Below, piece after piece: positions 8,605 to 17,088 of a stretch of 64,000 nucleotides of DNA. The notes under the pieces were generated by a model. That model was not told where the DNA came from. It saw only the letters and a list, made by a program, of their open reading frames with translations, and searched no databases. The stretch's first letter is position 1. Every line of letters starts with the position of its first letter. This DNA comes from a candidate division WOR-3 bacterium (lineage in GTDB: Bacteria; Hydrothermota; Tepidihabitantia; B3-TA06). The stretch lies in the NCBI GenBank assembly GCA_965649265.1, contig CBFGKC010000005.1, forward strand, positions 1 through 64,000, read 5' to 3'. The position numbers and the translations under genes were made by a program.

Positions 8605-9969
8605 GTGGAGTGGCTGTCGGATTATTTCTTGTCGATTATATTACCTGTTGGCCTTGCGGCTTTAGGCATCATCGTAACGATTTTAGTGTCCATTTACTTT
8701 CACAAAAAGGGAAAAGAATCTTTTGAGGAGATTAAAAAGGAGTTGCCGGAGTTGTTATATCAGATGATTAAGCAATACGGACTAGACGAAGATAATTTGC
8801 TACTTGAAAACCTGAATAAGGCTATAGCAAAAGCAACTGTTTTTGAAAAAAGGAGAATTATTTATCTCTCAAAAGGTATTCAAGCAATGATAGACTATAA
8901 GTATGCCGAAGCTATTGATAAGTTCCAAAAATGCAACAGATTGGCAAGGAAAGATAGCGAACGTTGTGCTTATTACTACCTCATCGGAATATGCCAAAAG
9001 GAAAGCGGGCAGATCTGGGAGGCGAAGAAGAGCTTTAAAGAAATGCGAGGCATTGCTGAAAAAGCTTCTCTTAAACCGGCCATTGCTGCGGCATTAAGAA
9101 GTCTTGGAACAATTTATGGTGTCACCGGAAAGAATACAAAGGCCTTTGGATGTTTAAATTGTGCCCTTGAAATAACTAAAGAAATCAATCATCATCGCGG
9201 GCAAGCTCTTTGCTTTGTTGAGATCGGACACCTATATCGTGTTTTAGGTAAAAAAGAGAAAGCATTGGAATTTCTGCAAAAAGCAAATGAACTTGCGGTA
9301 AAAATTGAAGACAATAGATTGTACTCTGTGGTTGTTGGTTGTATGGGAAGAGTTTATCTGGTTTTTGACGATCCGCGTAAGGCGCTCGATTTGTTTGAGA
9401 AGGCGCAGAACATATATGAGAACACAAATCTATCTATAGACATAGGAAATGCCTATTTGATCCTTGGGGAGCCACAAAAGGCACTTGAGTGTTATCTGAA
9501 AGCCTTGAAGACAGCAGAGAAAACTAGTAACCCCCAAGGTCTTGCTGATGCTCTTAGCAACATCGGGAGTGTCTATTACACCCTTGGCGAGCTTCAGAAG
9601 GCTCTTGAGTATCACGAGAAGGCGTTGAAGATACATGAAAAGATTGGGAACCTTGAAGGCCGAGCTAATAATCTCGACAATATCGGACTTGTCTACTACT
9701 CCTTAGACGAACCTCTAAGAGCGCTTGACTATTGCTACAAATCATTAGAAATAGCTTCTAAGAATGGTTATCTTGGAAGTCAGGCTCAAGCCCTCGAGAA
9801 TATAGGTGCTGTATACTGCATCAGTAGTATAGGCAATTTTCATAGAGCCCTAGAATTTTTCAATCGTGCACGGGATATTTTTGTAAAGATTGGAGATAAA
9901 GGCAAAATCTCACATTGCGACGACAACATCGCCCGAGCCAGGCAGAAGCTGGCCGAGCAGGGAAACTGA
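8605..9969 (+). CDS. Membrane-anchored tetratricopeptide repeat protein (AT-rich gene)
   Basis: N-terminal TM helix and about eight TPRs (ALSNIGSVYYTLGELQKALEYHEKALKI). Confidence 0.88.
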   Translation: MEWLSDYFLSIILPVGLAALGIIVTILVSIYFHKKGKESFEEIKKELPELLYQMIKQYGLDEDNLLLENLNKAIAKATVFEKRRIIYLSKGIQAMIDYKYAEAIDKFQKCNRLARKDSERCAYYYLIGICQKESGQIWEAKKSFKEMRGIAEKASLKPAIAAALRSLGTIYGVTGKNTKAFGCLNCALEITKEINHHRGQALCFVEIGHLYRVLGKKEKALEFLQKANELAVKIEDNRLYSVVVGCMGRVYLVFDDPRKALDLFEKAQNIYENTNLSIDIGNAYLILGEPQKALECYLKALKTAEKTSNPQGLADALSNIGSVYYTLGELQKALEYHEKALKIHEKIGNLEGRANNLDNIGLVYYSLDEPLRALDYCYKSLEIASKNGYLGSQAQALENIGAVYCISSIGNFHRALEFFNRARDIFVKIGDKGKISHCDDNIARARQKLAEQGN

Positions 9970-9985
9970 GGTTTTCCAATGATTA

Positions 9986-10086
9986 CCTCCCCCTTGACGG
10001 GGGAGGTTGGGAGGAGGTGAAACTAAATTTCACAGCAGGACGTTAAGACTTTCACCGCCCCCTCCTCCCCTCCATCAAGGAGGGGG
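9986..10086. repeat. Inverted pair of REP-like palindromes
   Basis: CCTCCCCCTTGACGGGGGAGGTTGGGAGGAGGTGA ... TTCACCGCCCCCTCCTCCCCTCCATCAAGGAGGGGG. Confidence 0.75.
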
Positions 10087-10248
10087 ACCCACACCCCTAT
10101 CGGGGCGTCTCCATCGGTAGCTTGTAATCAAAGGAAATAACCCCTCCTCCTCTTTTTTTACGGCCACAAGCGCGGGACGCCGCTTCGCGGCTTAATCCTT
10201 AGGCCTTCTCTATTATCTAATAATAATTGTTATAACTGGTTTATCTGC

Positions 10249-10276
10249 TTGACAAGTTAATCTTGAAAGGTAATAT
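10249..10276 (+). promoter_or_regulatory. sigma70-type promoter (probably leaderless)
   Basis: TTGACA-16nt-TAATAT; ATG at 10284. Confidence 0.55.
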
Positions 10277-10283
10277 TGACCCT

Positions 10284-10745
10284 ATGTCTGAGCGGCTCAT
10301 TAAGCGACCTCGCGGCGATGCCCGCAAGTACGCGTCCTGGTGGCGCGCAAGGCTCGTGTGGCTCATCGCGTGCGGCACAGTCTCGCTCGTCCCGCTCGTC
10401 ATCGAGATGCTCTTTCTCATCATCACCGGACAGCAGTTCCGGCTCATCCTTTCGAGCCCTTCCATTCCCGCAATAGGCGTCATATGGTGCGGCCTCACCG
10501 TGTACAACATTTTTACGCTCCAGGCGTACAAGCGCAGGCCGTTCCTTCTCTATTTTTGGATATCTGCACTCGCGGCCCTCGCCGCGCTCGCAATCGCAAG
10601 CGCCGCCTTTCTTATCGCGAGCGACTTGCCCTGGTTCGTAGGCCTCGTAAATCTCCTGCCGGTCGCAGCCGCGGTGGCCGCGAGCCTTTGGGCTCAACGC
10701 TTCGTATCGGTGCTCGAGACCCGGTCATGGGGTGCGATTGAGTAA
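10284..10745 (+). CDS. Hypothetical integral membrane protein (about 4 TM helices)
   Basis: Four hydrophobic segments; overlaps the start of the next TPR gene; promoter directly upstream. Confidence 0.6.
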   Translation: MSERLIKRPRGDARKYASWWRARLVWLIACGTVSLVPLVIEMLFLIITGQQFRLILSSPSIPAIGVIWCGLTVYNIFTLQAYKRRPFLLYFWISALAALAALAIASAAFLIASDLPWFVGLVNLLPVAAAVAASLWAQRFVSVLETRSWGAIE

Positions 10746-11859
10746 CGGCCTTGCCCTGGCGCTGATCATTGCAGCGAGCGGTATTGCCGCGCTACTATCC
10801 GCGGCAATGATAGTCTATTCCATAATGAGGTCCAACGCCTTATCCACCGAACTCCACAAGGAGATCGCAGCGATCAAGAAAAGGCTTGACGCGCCGGACG
10901 TATATCTCGGCGGTCTCCCTGAATCGAACGGGCGGAAAAAGAACATAATACTCTTTTCGGCCTTGAGGCTCTTCGAGGACGGCAAGTACGCCTCGGCGCT
11001 GGCCGCACTCGGCGACGTTCTTCCATTTGTCTCCGACGACAAGGAGCGCTGCTCGCTTGAGAATCTTGCCGGGCTTTGTCGGGCAAGGTGCGGGGCGATC
11101 CGCGACGCTGAGAAAACCTTCCTCGATGTGGTCGCCACGGCGCAGCGAAACGGGCTGGATGCGGCTCTTGCGCCCGCGCTTGGAAATCTTGGCGCTATCT
11201 GCTTCACACTTGGAGAGCTGGAGCGCGCGCTCGAATTTCTGCAAAAAGCCTTAAAGATAGACGAGCAGGCGAGCAGGCAAAAAGCCCAGGCGCGAGAGCT
11301 GGGAAGCATCGGCAGCGTATACTTCGCCCTTGCCGAGCAGAAGAAGGTGTTCGGGCATTACCAGAAAGCGCATGAATACTACAAGAGGGCGCTCAAGATC
11401 AACGAGGAGATAAAGGATATTGAAGGCCAGGCGCGGGAACTTGGTAACATAGGCGCATATTACCTGGCGATAGGCGATTCGGCGAAGGGCTTGGATTTTT
11501 GCGAAAAGGCTCTTGAGGCGGCAGAGAGGATTGACAACCTTGAGCTTGCGGTAAGCCAGCTCAACGGTCTTGGGATAATCTACAAGACGCTCGAGAGACG
11601 CGAGGAAGCGCTTGCGTGTTTCGAGAAGGCTTTGAAGAAAGCCGACCGCGTGGGCAAGCCGGAAACGAAAGCCTCGACGCTTGCAAACATCGGCGCGCTT
11701 TACGCGCACATGGGTAATAACAGGCAGGCTCTGGAATACTTTCTTAAGGCTCGCGTCGTATACGCAAAGATAGGAGCGGCCGAGAAGATTGCCGTCTGTG
11801 AAAGCAACGTTTCACGCGCCAGACGGAAACTTGCCGAGCAGGAGGGGGAGAGGCGTTGA
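10732..11859 (+). CDS. Membrane-anchored tetratricopeptide repeat protein (GC-rich paralogue of 8605-9969)
   Basis: TM helix, TPRs (ALGNLGAICFTLGELERALEFLQKALKI), and a C-terminus (RARRKLAEQ) shared with the paralogue. Confidence 0.85.
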   Translation: MRLSNGLALALIIAASGIAALLSAAMIVYSIMRSNALSTELHKEIAAIKKRLDAPDVYLGGLPESNGRKKNIILFSALRLFEDGKYASALAALGDVLPFVSDDKERCSLENLAGLCRARCGAIRDAEKTFLDVVATAQRNGLDAALAPALGNLGAICFTLGELERALEFLQKALKIDEQASRQKAQARELGSIGSVYFALAEQKKVFGHYQKAHEYYKRALKINEEIKDIEGQARELGNIGAYYLAIGDSAKGLDFCEKALEAAERIDNLELAVSQLNGLGIIYKTLERREEALACFEKALKKADRVGKPETKASTLANIGALYAHMGNNRQALEYFLKARVVYAKIGAAEKIAVCESNVSRARRKLAEQEGERR

Positions 11860-11990
11860 CAACAAGGGTTGCTATCTAATATCATCTCCATAAACTTCCG
11901 CTGTAATGAATCGAATGGACTGCAAGGCGTATTCGGATTTGCAATGCGTGGTTCGGGCGGCGGTGGACGCCAGCGTTGCGGGGTGCCTTG

Positions 11991-13352
11991 ATGTTTGACG
12001 CGATTCGCGACGCGTTCGTGAAGCTGCGGCGCGAGTTAGTGGGCCGCGGGAGCCTTTCTGAAAAAGAGATAAAGGATTTTCTCAAGAACCTGCGTCTTAC
12101 GCTGCTCGAGGCCGACGTCAACTACAAGGCCGCAAAGGCCCTGGTGGAGCGGCTCGAGACTAAACTCGCCACGACCGAGGTATACAAGTCGCTTGCGCCG
12201 GGTAAGCAGGCGCTTAAGGTCATCTACGAGGAGCTTGCCGAATTCCTCGGGGGCAAAGCCCAGAGGCTCGAGATAGGCAAGTCGCCGACTGTCTTGCTCC
12301 TGCTCGGACTTCAGGGAATCGGGAAGACCACGATGGCCGCCAAGCTCGCGAAGCTCTACTCGAGCAAGCATCCGCTGCTCGTTGCAGCGGACATAAAACG
12401 TCCGGCAGCGGTCGAACAGCTGGAAGCGCTATCCAAAAAGGCAGAATCGACTTTTTTTGGACCGCCGACACCGAAAGCAAAAAATCTCGATACGTGTCTT
12501 TCCGCTCTGAAATACGCCAAGGAGCATTCCAACGAACTCGTCATCATAGATTCGGCGGGCAGGCTTCACATAGACGAAGAGATGGCTGCGGAGGTGAAGG
12601 AGATCAAGGCGAAACTCTCGCCTGATTTCACGCTTCTCGTTCTGGACGGGCTTTCGGGACAGGACGCACTCAGACAGACCGAGGAGTTCCACGCCAAAAT
12701 CGGCGTTTCCGGAGGCATACTCACCAAGCTCGACGCGGATTCGCGCGGCGGTGCGGCCATAAGCTTCCGCCACGTTACAGGGCTTCCCATTTTCTTCATC
12801 GGCACCGGGGAGAGGGTGGAGGACATAGAGGTCTTTCACCCGGACCGCATGGCGAGCCGCATTCTGGGCGAAGGCGACATTCTCACGATGGTCGAGGAGG
12901 TGCGGCAGGTTGTGGACGAGCAGGCCTCCCGGGACATGGCCCAGAAGCTGATGGCGGGAAGGCTCGATTTCAACGACCTCCTTGCGCAGATGCATCAGGT
13001 CAAAAAAATGGGCGACCTCTCGAAACTTCTCGAAAAACTTCCCGCCGGTATGACGCAAGGGCTTGGCGCCGAAAGCTTTGACCCCACCGAACTCAAGCGC
13101 ACCGAGGCGATAATTCTCTCAATGACGCCCGAAGAGCGCGCAAATCCGGGGCTTCTCGACGGCAGCCGCAAGCTGCGAATCGCTCGAGGCTCGGGCACGA
13201 CACCTGCGGACGTGAACCAGCTTCTCAAACAGCTCGATGTGATGCAAGGCGTGGCCAAAATGACGAAGCCGGGCAGAGTCCCTCTGGCGGGCCGGGGCAG
13301 GGCGGTCATGGGGCATGGGGGGAAGAAAAGGAAGCGCAAGAACAGGCGCTAA
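11991..13352 (+). CDS. ffh: Signal recognition particle protein Ffh
   Basis: LLEADVN, GLQGIGKTT, DIKRPAA, DSAGR, TKLD, FHPDRMASRILG, M domain with IILSMTPEER and SRKLRIARGSG. Confidence 0.96.
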   Translation: MFDAIRDAFVKLRRELVGRGSLSEKEIKDFLKNLRLTLLEADVNYKAAKALVERLETKLATTEVYKSLAPGKQALKVIYEELAEFLGGKAQRLEIGKSPTVLLLLGLQGIGKTTMAAKLAKLYSSKHPLLVAADIKRPAAVEQLEALSKKAESTFFGPPTPKAKNLDTCLSALKYAKEHSNELVIIDSAGRLHIDEEMAAEVKEIKAKLSPDFTLLVLDGLSGQDALRQTEEFHAKIGVSGGILTKLDADSRGGAAISFRHVTGLPIFFIGTGERVEDIEVFHPDRMASRILGEGDILTMVEEVRQVVDEQASRDMAQKLMAGRLDFNDLLAQMHQVKKMGDLSKLLEKLPAGMTQGLGAESFDPTELKRTEAIILSMTPEERANPGLLDGSRKLRIARGSGTTPADVNQLLKQLDVMQGVAKMTKPGRVPLAGRGRAVMGHGGKKRKRKNRR

Positions 13353-13386
13353 CCCTGCTCCCTGGCCGCGATCGGTTATTATCTCC

Positions 13387-13418
13387 AAAAAAAGAGGCGG
13401 CCTTTAGGCCGCCAAAAA
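13387..13418 (-). terminator. Intrinsic terminator between convergent genes
   Basis: GGCGGCC-ttta-GGCCGCC stem with an A7 run on the left, giving a U-tract on the minus strand. Confidence 0.75.
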
Positions 13419-13437
13419 CAAGTCAAACGGATTGCGT

Positions 13438-14163
13438 TTATTCGGACTCTTCATCCTCGCTGTCGTCATAGTCTTCATTGATTACCTTCTTTGAGCCGCC
13501 GATGAGGCCGTCATCGTCGCCGCCGCCGAAGAGGATGCTCGCCTGGGCGTATACACCGGATGGATTGATCTCTGGAGCAAGTCGCAGGTTGCTGCCGTCC
13601 TCAAGGGACCATTCACCCTGGAAGGGACTCCACATATAGCCGCCCTTTATCTGCAAAGCAACGAACTCGATTGGAATCAAGATTGAAATGTTGGGAGCTA
13701 CAGTAAAGGTTCCGTAGTTTACCTGTGAAGAGCGCGCAGGATTGATTAGAAGAGAATCAAAAGTTACATCCCCTAACACCGGTCTGAGATTCATAGAAAG
13801 ATTAGTGCCGCCGATTCCGATTGCAGGCCAAATGCCGAAACCGCGCCATATGTTAATGAAGTAGCCGGGTTCAAAGAAGCCGCCGGAGTAACTCAGATCT
13901 ATAGAGACGCTGTCGCCGTCAATGCGCCGCGAACCGCCGAAACCCCAGCCGCCGACCATTACACCCGCGCCGCCCCAGCCGCCGCCGCCAAAGGTAAACA
14001 TCTGATTGTCAATGCTCGGGAAACGAGTGTCGTGGGCCTGAAGAGCATTGTTGAGAGCCGATAAATCGGGCATCGTGTAGGTCAAAACGAAGCCGCCGTA
14101 GCCGTGCCCGCCGGCAAAAGCCACCGCTGCGAACATCGCCATTATTAATACTACTTTCTTCAT
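13438..14163 (-). CDS. Hypothetical exported protein, probably an outer-membrane beta-barrel
   Basis: Signal peptide MKKVVLIMAMFAAVAFA; Gly/aromatic alternating strands; AGGAGG RBS. Confidence 0.7.
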   Translation of the reverse strand: MKKVVLIMAMFAAVAFAGGHGYGGFVLTYTMPDLSALNNALQAHDTRFPSIDNQMFTFGGGGWGGAGVMVGGWGFGGSRRIDGDSVSIDLSYSGGFFEPGYFINIWRGFGIWPAIGIGGTNLSMNLRPVLGDVTFDSLLINPARSSQVNYGTFTVAPNISILIPIEFVALQIKGGYMWSPFQGEWSLEDGSNLRLAPEINPSGVYAQASILFGGGDDDGLIGGSKKVINEDYDDSEDEESE

Positions 14164-14209
14164 CTAAACCTCCTATTGGTTTATTTATGTTTTTCAAGTT
14201 TCTTAAATC

Positions 14210-14240
14210 TATAAGACGGAACTGACCCTTAAAGGTTTCA
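14210..14240 (-). promoter_or_regulatory. ECF (sigmaW-like) promoter
   Basis: Minus strand TGAAAC-16nt-CGTCTTATA; a near-identical motif lies at 15662-15692. Confidence 0.6.
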
Positions 14241-14251
14241 TCTCATACTGC

Positions 14252-14279
14252 TTGACGCGGGCTTAAAGATCCCTATAAT
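14252..14279 (+). promoter_or_regulatory. sigma70-type promoter
   Basis: TTGACG-16nt-TATAAT upstream of the cupredoxin gene. Confidence 0.6.
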
Positions 14280-14362
14280 ATTAGTAGGAAATTGAAATGA
14301 CTAAACAATCTCTTTTCAAAGCGATTTAAAAACCAATAAGAAATGGCCGATGGAGGTCTGAG

Positions 14363-14986
14363 ATGAAAAGAATTAATCCTTTTACAATCGCGGTTTTGAC
14401 GTTGTTCGCTTTGGTGCCGTCATTGTCGGCGGCGAGCAAGACGGAGGTCGAGATTGAAGATTTCGCTTTCGTGCCGAAAAGCGTCACCATTTTCCAGGGC
14501 GACACAGTCGTGTGGAAAAACCGCGACAACGTTGGCCACACCTCGACCAGCGGAGAATCCGGAGTGCCGAACGGCCTGTGGGATTCAGGCATACTCGGCA
14601 GAGATCAAACTTTTTCGCGAGTTTCCGACTCGGCGGGCACATTCCCCTATTATTGCAAGCCCCATCCAATAATGACCGGAACCGTCGTCGTTGAACCAAG
14701 ACCTGATACCACCGACTCAACACCTGCAGTAATAATCGAGAATAACGATGAACCCGTCCCGCAGCTCAAGGTAGAAGCAGGTGTCGTAAAGTTTTCGGTA
14801 ATTGAGCGCGGCCCGGTTGATGTAACGATATACGATGCGACAGGGCGTCAAATGGAACTGGTCGTTCGCGGATTCTTCACAAGCGGCGTGCACAGCCTGC
14901 CTATGAAACCACTGGAAAGAGGAGTTTATTTCGCAAGGCTCGTGTCTGGGGAATATGTAGTGACCCGCAAGATTATTCAACTTTAA
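14363..14986 (+). CDS. Plastocyanin/amicyanin-like blue copper protein with T9SS-type C-terminal domain
   Basis: Signal peptide; FVPKSVTI..GDTVVWKN..GHT; YYCKPHPIMTG type-1 Cu ligands; C-terminus IYDATGR...GVYFARL...TRKIIQL. Confidence 0.85.
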   Translation: MKRINPFTIAVLTLFALVPSLSAASKTEVEIEDFAFVPKSVTIFQGDTVVWKNRDNVGHTSTSGESGVPNGLWDSGILGRDQTFSRVSDSAGTFPYYCKPHPIMTGTVVVEPRPDTTDSTPAVIIENNDEPVPQLKVEAGVVKFSVIERGPVDVTIYDATGRQMELVVRGFFTSGVHSLPMKPLERGVYFARLVSGEYVVTRKIIQL

Positions 14987-15049
14987 GGATTTCGCAAAGA
15001 GCGGTTACGAGCACTTCACGTTAACCCCTCCTCACCCCTCCCTCCTCGG

Positions 15050-15082
15050 AAATGCGACCTGGGTTTTTCTCAGGTCGCATTT
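15050..15082 (+). terminator. Hairpin downstream of the cupredoxin gene
   Basis: AAATGCGACCTG-ggtttttct-CAGGTCGCATTT followed by CTTCT. Confidence 0.5.
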
Positions 15083-15189
15083 CTTCTGATCGAGTTACTG
15101 GAATCTTATTACTGTGCCGTATTATCTCTCGTGTGTAGCTTGTTCCGTGTATCGGGGGGTGGTTGTGTGTTTCGGGTGATGCGCCACGA

Positions 15190-15340
15190 GTTACGGTGTG
15201 TTACGGGTTGTGTGTTACGGGTACGAGTGTTATTTCCTCTTGATAAAACTGCATAGAAGAATCCCAAAAAAAAGGGTGTTTCTGAGGAGGACGGTGTTAC
15301 GGGCGGGGTGTTAGGGGTTACGGGTGTTACGGGTTACGGG
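15190..15340. repeat. GTTACGG microrepeat tract (7 copies) with GGGTGTTTCTGAGGAGG
   Basis: GTTACGG at 15190, 15200, 15214, 15296, 15317, 15326 and 15333; GGGTGTTTCTGAGGAGG at 15274-15290 recurs at 62976-63007. Confidence 0.75.
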
Positions 15341-15636
15341 ATGGGGACGCTTTGCGATCCAGGCAACCTCGCGCACGTAAGCCACGATATTAGTATCAAC
15401 AGAGCCAACCCGCCTAGTATCAAACCCGCTATCGTCCAGATGATGCTCTTGCCTTTCTCCCGCATTAGGCTCTCGATACCCAAAAGTACAGATACCAGCG
15501 ACATCGCCCAGGCTACCCAGCTAAGGATATACCATACGAGCGGTATCTCCTTTATCGGAAACTGCTTGGGACCTATGAAGAAGAAAATGAAGGCAACAAG
15601 CCCTAACGCAAACGAAATCAATCCCATTGTAGGCAT
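15334..15636 (-). CDS. Small membrane protein (DUF4190-like)
   Basis: Three hydrophobic helices, S.VLLGI.SL..EKGK...IAGLILG; AAGGAGG RBS. Confidence 0.65.
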   Translation of the reverse strand: MPTMGLISFALGLVAFIFFFIGPKQFPIKEIPLVWYILSWVAWAMSLVSVLLGIESLMREKGKSIIWTIAGLILGGLALLILISWLTCARLPGSQSVPIP

Positions 15637-15661
15637 TTTTGACCTCCTTGGTCGTTATGTA

Positions 15662-15692
15662 TATAAGACGTTGAAAACATCCAAGGGTTTCC
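15662..15692 (-). promoter_or_regulatory. ECF (sigmaW-like) promoter
   Basis: Minus strand GGAAAC-16nt-CGTCTTATA. Confidence 0.6.
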
Positions 15693-15780
15693 ATTCAGAC
15701 CGTATGGAAAGGGTTTAAACGGATCTATTGCCTTTATCGAAGGCAGCTAAGTAACGACTCCTCGAGCAGGAAGCCTGCCA

Positions 15781-15808
15781 TTGACCACAAGGAATATTTA
15801 GATATACT
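15781..15808 (+). promoter_or_regulatory. sigma70-type promoter (probably leaderless)
   Basis: TTGACC-16nt-TATACT; ATG 6 nt downstream. Confidence 0.6.
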
Positions 15809-15814
15809 AATTTT

Positions 15815-17086
15815 ATGATGGGATTGTTATTTTGGTTAATCATCGGGACCGGACAAACCTCGGGTAACCTGGGACGCGAAATGCCCCTGGAACTCGGAAC
15901 GGTTCCGGAGAAGTCTATCTTAATAGACGACTATGTGTTGAACGCCGGCGATACGCTCTTGATTATCGTGAAGGGGAGTTATTCTTACAGTTACCCGACG
16001 CAAATCACCCCGACAGGACAGCTCATGCTGATGCTTCCGACCTCGACGCCTACCACTACATTCGGGAAAACGCTCGGGACCTTAAGTCTCGTAAACCTTG
16101 ACGTGGTAGGTTATACCGTAATAGTTGACCTTCCGGTAAAAAAGGCTCGCGAAACGGTGGCAAAGGCTTTTTCGGAGTTCATAAGGCCTGTTCAGATTGA
16201 TTTTGTTCTTCTCGGGACCAGGGCATGCAAGATAAACGTGCTTGGGGATGTTCAGTGGCCGGGAAGTTATCTGGCTACGCCTTTTTTGCGAGTCAAAGAT
16301 GCGATCGATATGGCGGGAGGTATTACATCAACAGGTTCTACTTCGAACATCCTTCTGGCCAGGCGTTCGGGTGACAGCATAATGGTAAACCTGCGGCGCT
16401 ACAGGGAGGAGGGAGACCTTGACGCTAATCCTTATCTTAAGGACGGTGACCTTTTGTTCGTTCCAAAGATGGAAAGGTTCGTCAGCCTGACCGGCATGGT
16501 CTTCGCCAAGGAGGCAGTGGATGAACCAGCGCTTCAGACCTTGTTTTTGATGGATACAGTGAGCCGCGTTATAGAGGCGCAGAGCCGGCTGGAGTTCGAC
16601 AAGGGAGAGCGTGTGTGCGATTTTCTCAAAAAAAGGGCGGTTCTTCTTCCGCAGGGAGATCTTGAACATTGCTACATCGCACGCGGTGAAGAGAGGCTAT
16701 TCTTCAACATGCAGGCTTATCTTGCCGGGGAAAAAGTCGATAACCCACTGCTTGAACACGGGGATCTTGTGACGGTTCCACGAGCCGAGCGATACGTGTA
16801 CGTGACAGGTGAAGTAAGAAGACAGGGACCGGTCTTTTACGATCAGAACATGACGATCAACCAGTACATAGGGTTGGTAGGAGGTTTTCTTACTACCGCG
16901 GACGTACGAACCATAAAAGTTCTCTACAAGGATGGACGAACCAGGCTGGCTCATCCTGACATGAAGCTCGAACCGGGAGCGACCATATATGTCCCCCGTC
17001 GTTCACTGGACGAATTTCGTGACTGGATATCACTCACCGTAGCCGCGCTCGCTCTCATAACAACCATAGTGGAATTCGGGAGGTAA
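15815..17086 (+). CDS. Polysaccharide export protein with SLBB domains (Wza/KpsD-like)
   Basis: YVLNAGDTL, VLGDVQWPGSY...DAIDMAGG, NPYLKDGD, VTGEVRRQG...LVGG, PGATIYVP and a C-terminal amphipathic helix. Confidence 0.85.
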   Translation: MMGLLFWLIIGTGQTSGNLGREMPLELGTVPEKSILIDDYVLNAGDTLLIIVKGSYSYSYPTQITPTGQLMLMLPTSTPTTTFGKTLGTLSLVNLDVVGYTVIVDLPVKKARETVAKAFSEFIRPVQIDFVLLGTRACKINVLGDVQWPGSYLATPFLRVKDAIDMAGGITSTGSTSNILLARRSGDSIMVNLRRYREEGDLDANPYLKDGDLLFVPKMERFVSLTGMVFAKEAVDEPALQTLFLMDTVSRVIEAQSRLEFDKGERVCDFLKKRAVLLPQGDLEHCYIARGEERLFFNMQAYLAGEKVDNPLLEHGDLVTVPRAERYVYVTGEVRRQGPVFYDQNMTINQYIGLVGGFLTTADVRTIKVLYKDGRTRLAHPDMKLEPGATIYVPRRSLDEFRDWISLTVAALALITTIVEFGR

Positions 17087-17088
17087 GC

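Noticed and set aside
11860-11990. SRP (4.5S) RNA upstream of ffh
   Set aside because: The conserved helix-8 motif (CAGG..CGGAAGG.AGCAG) is not visible on either strand.
15100-15340. CRISPR array
   Set aside because: Units are 7-10 nt and irregularly spaced, with no unique spacers and no cas genes.
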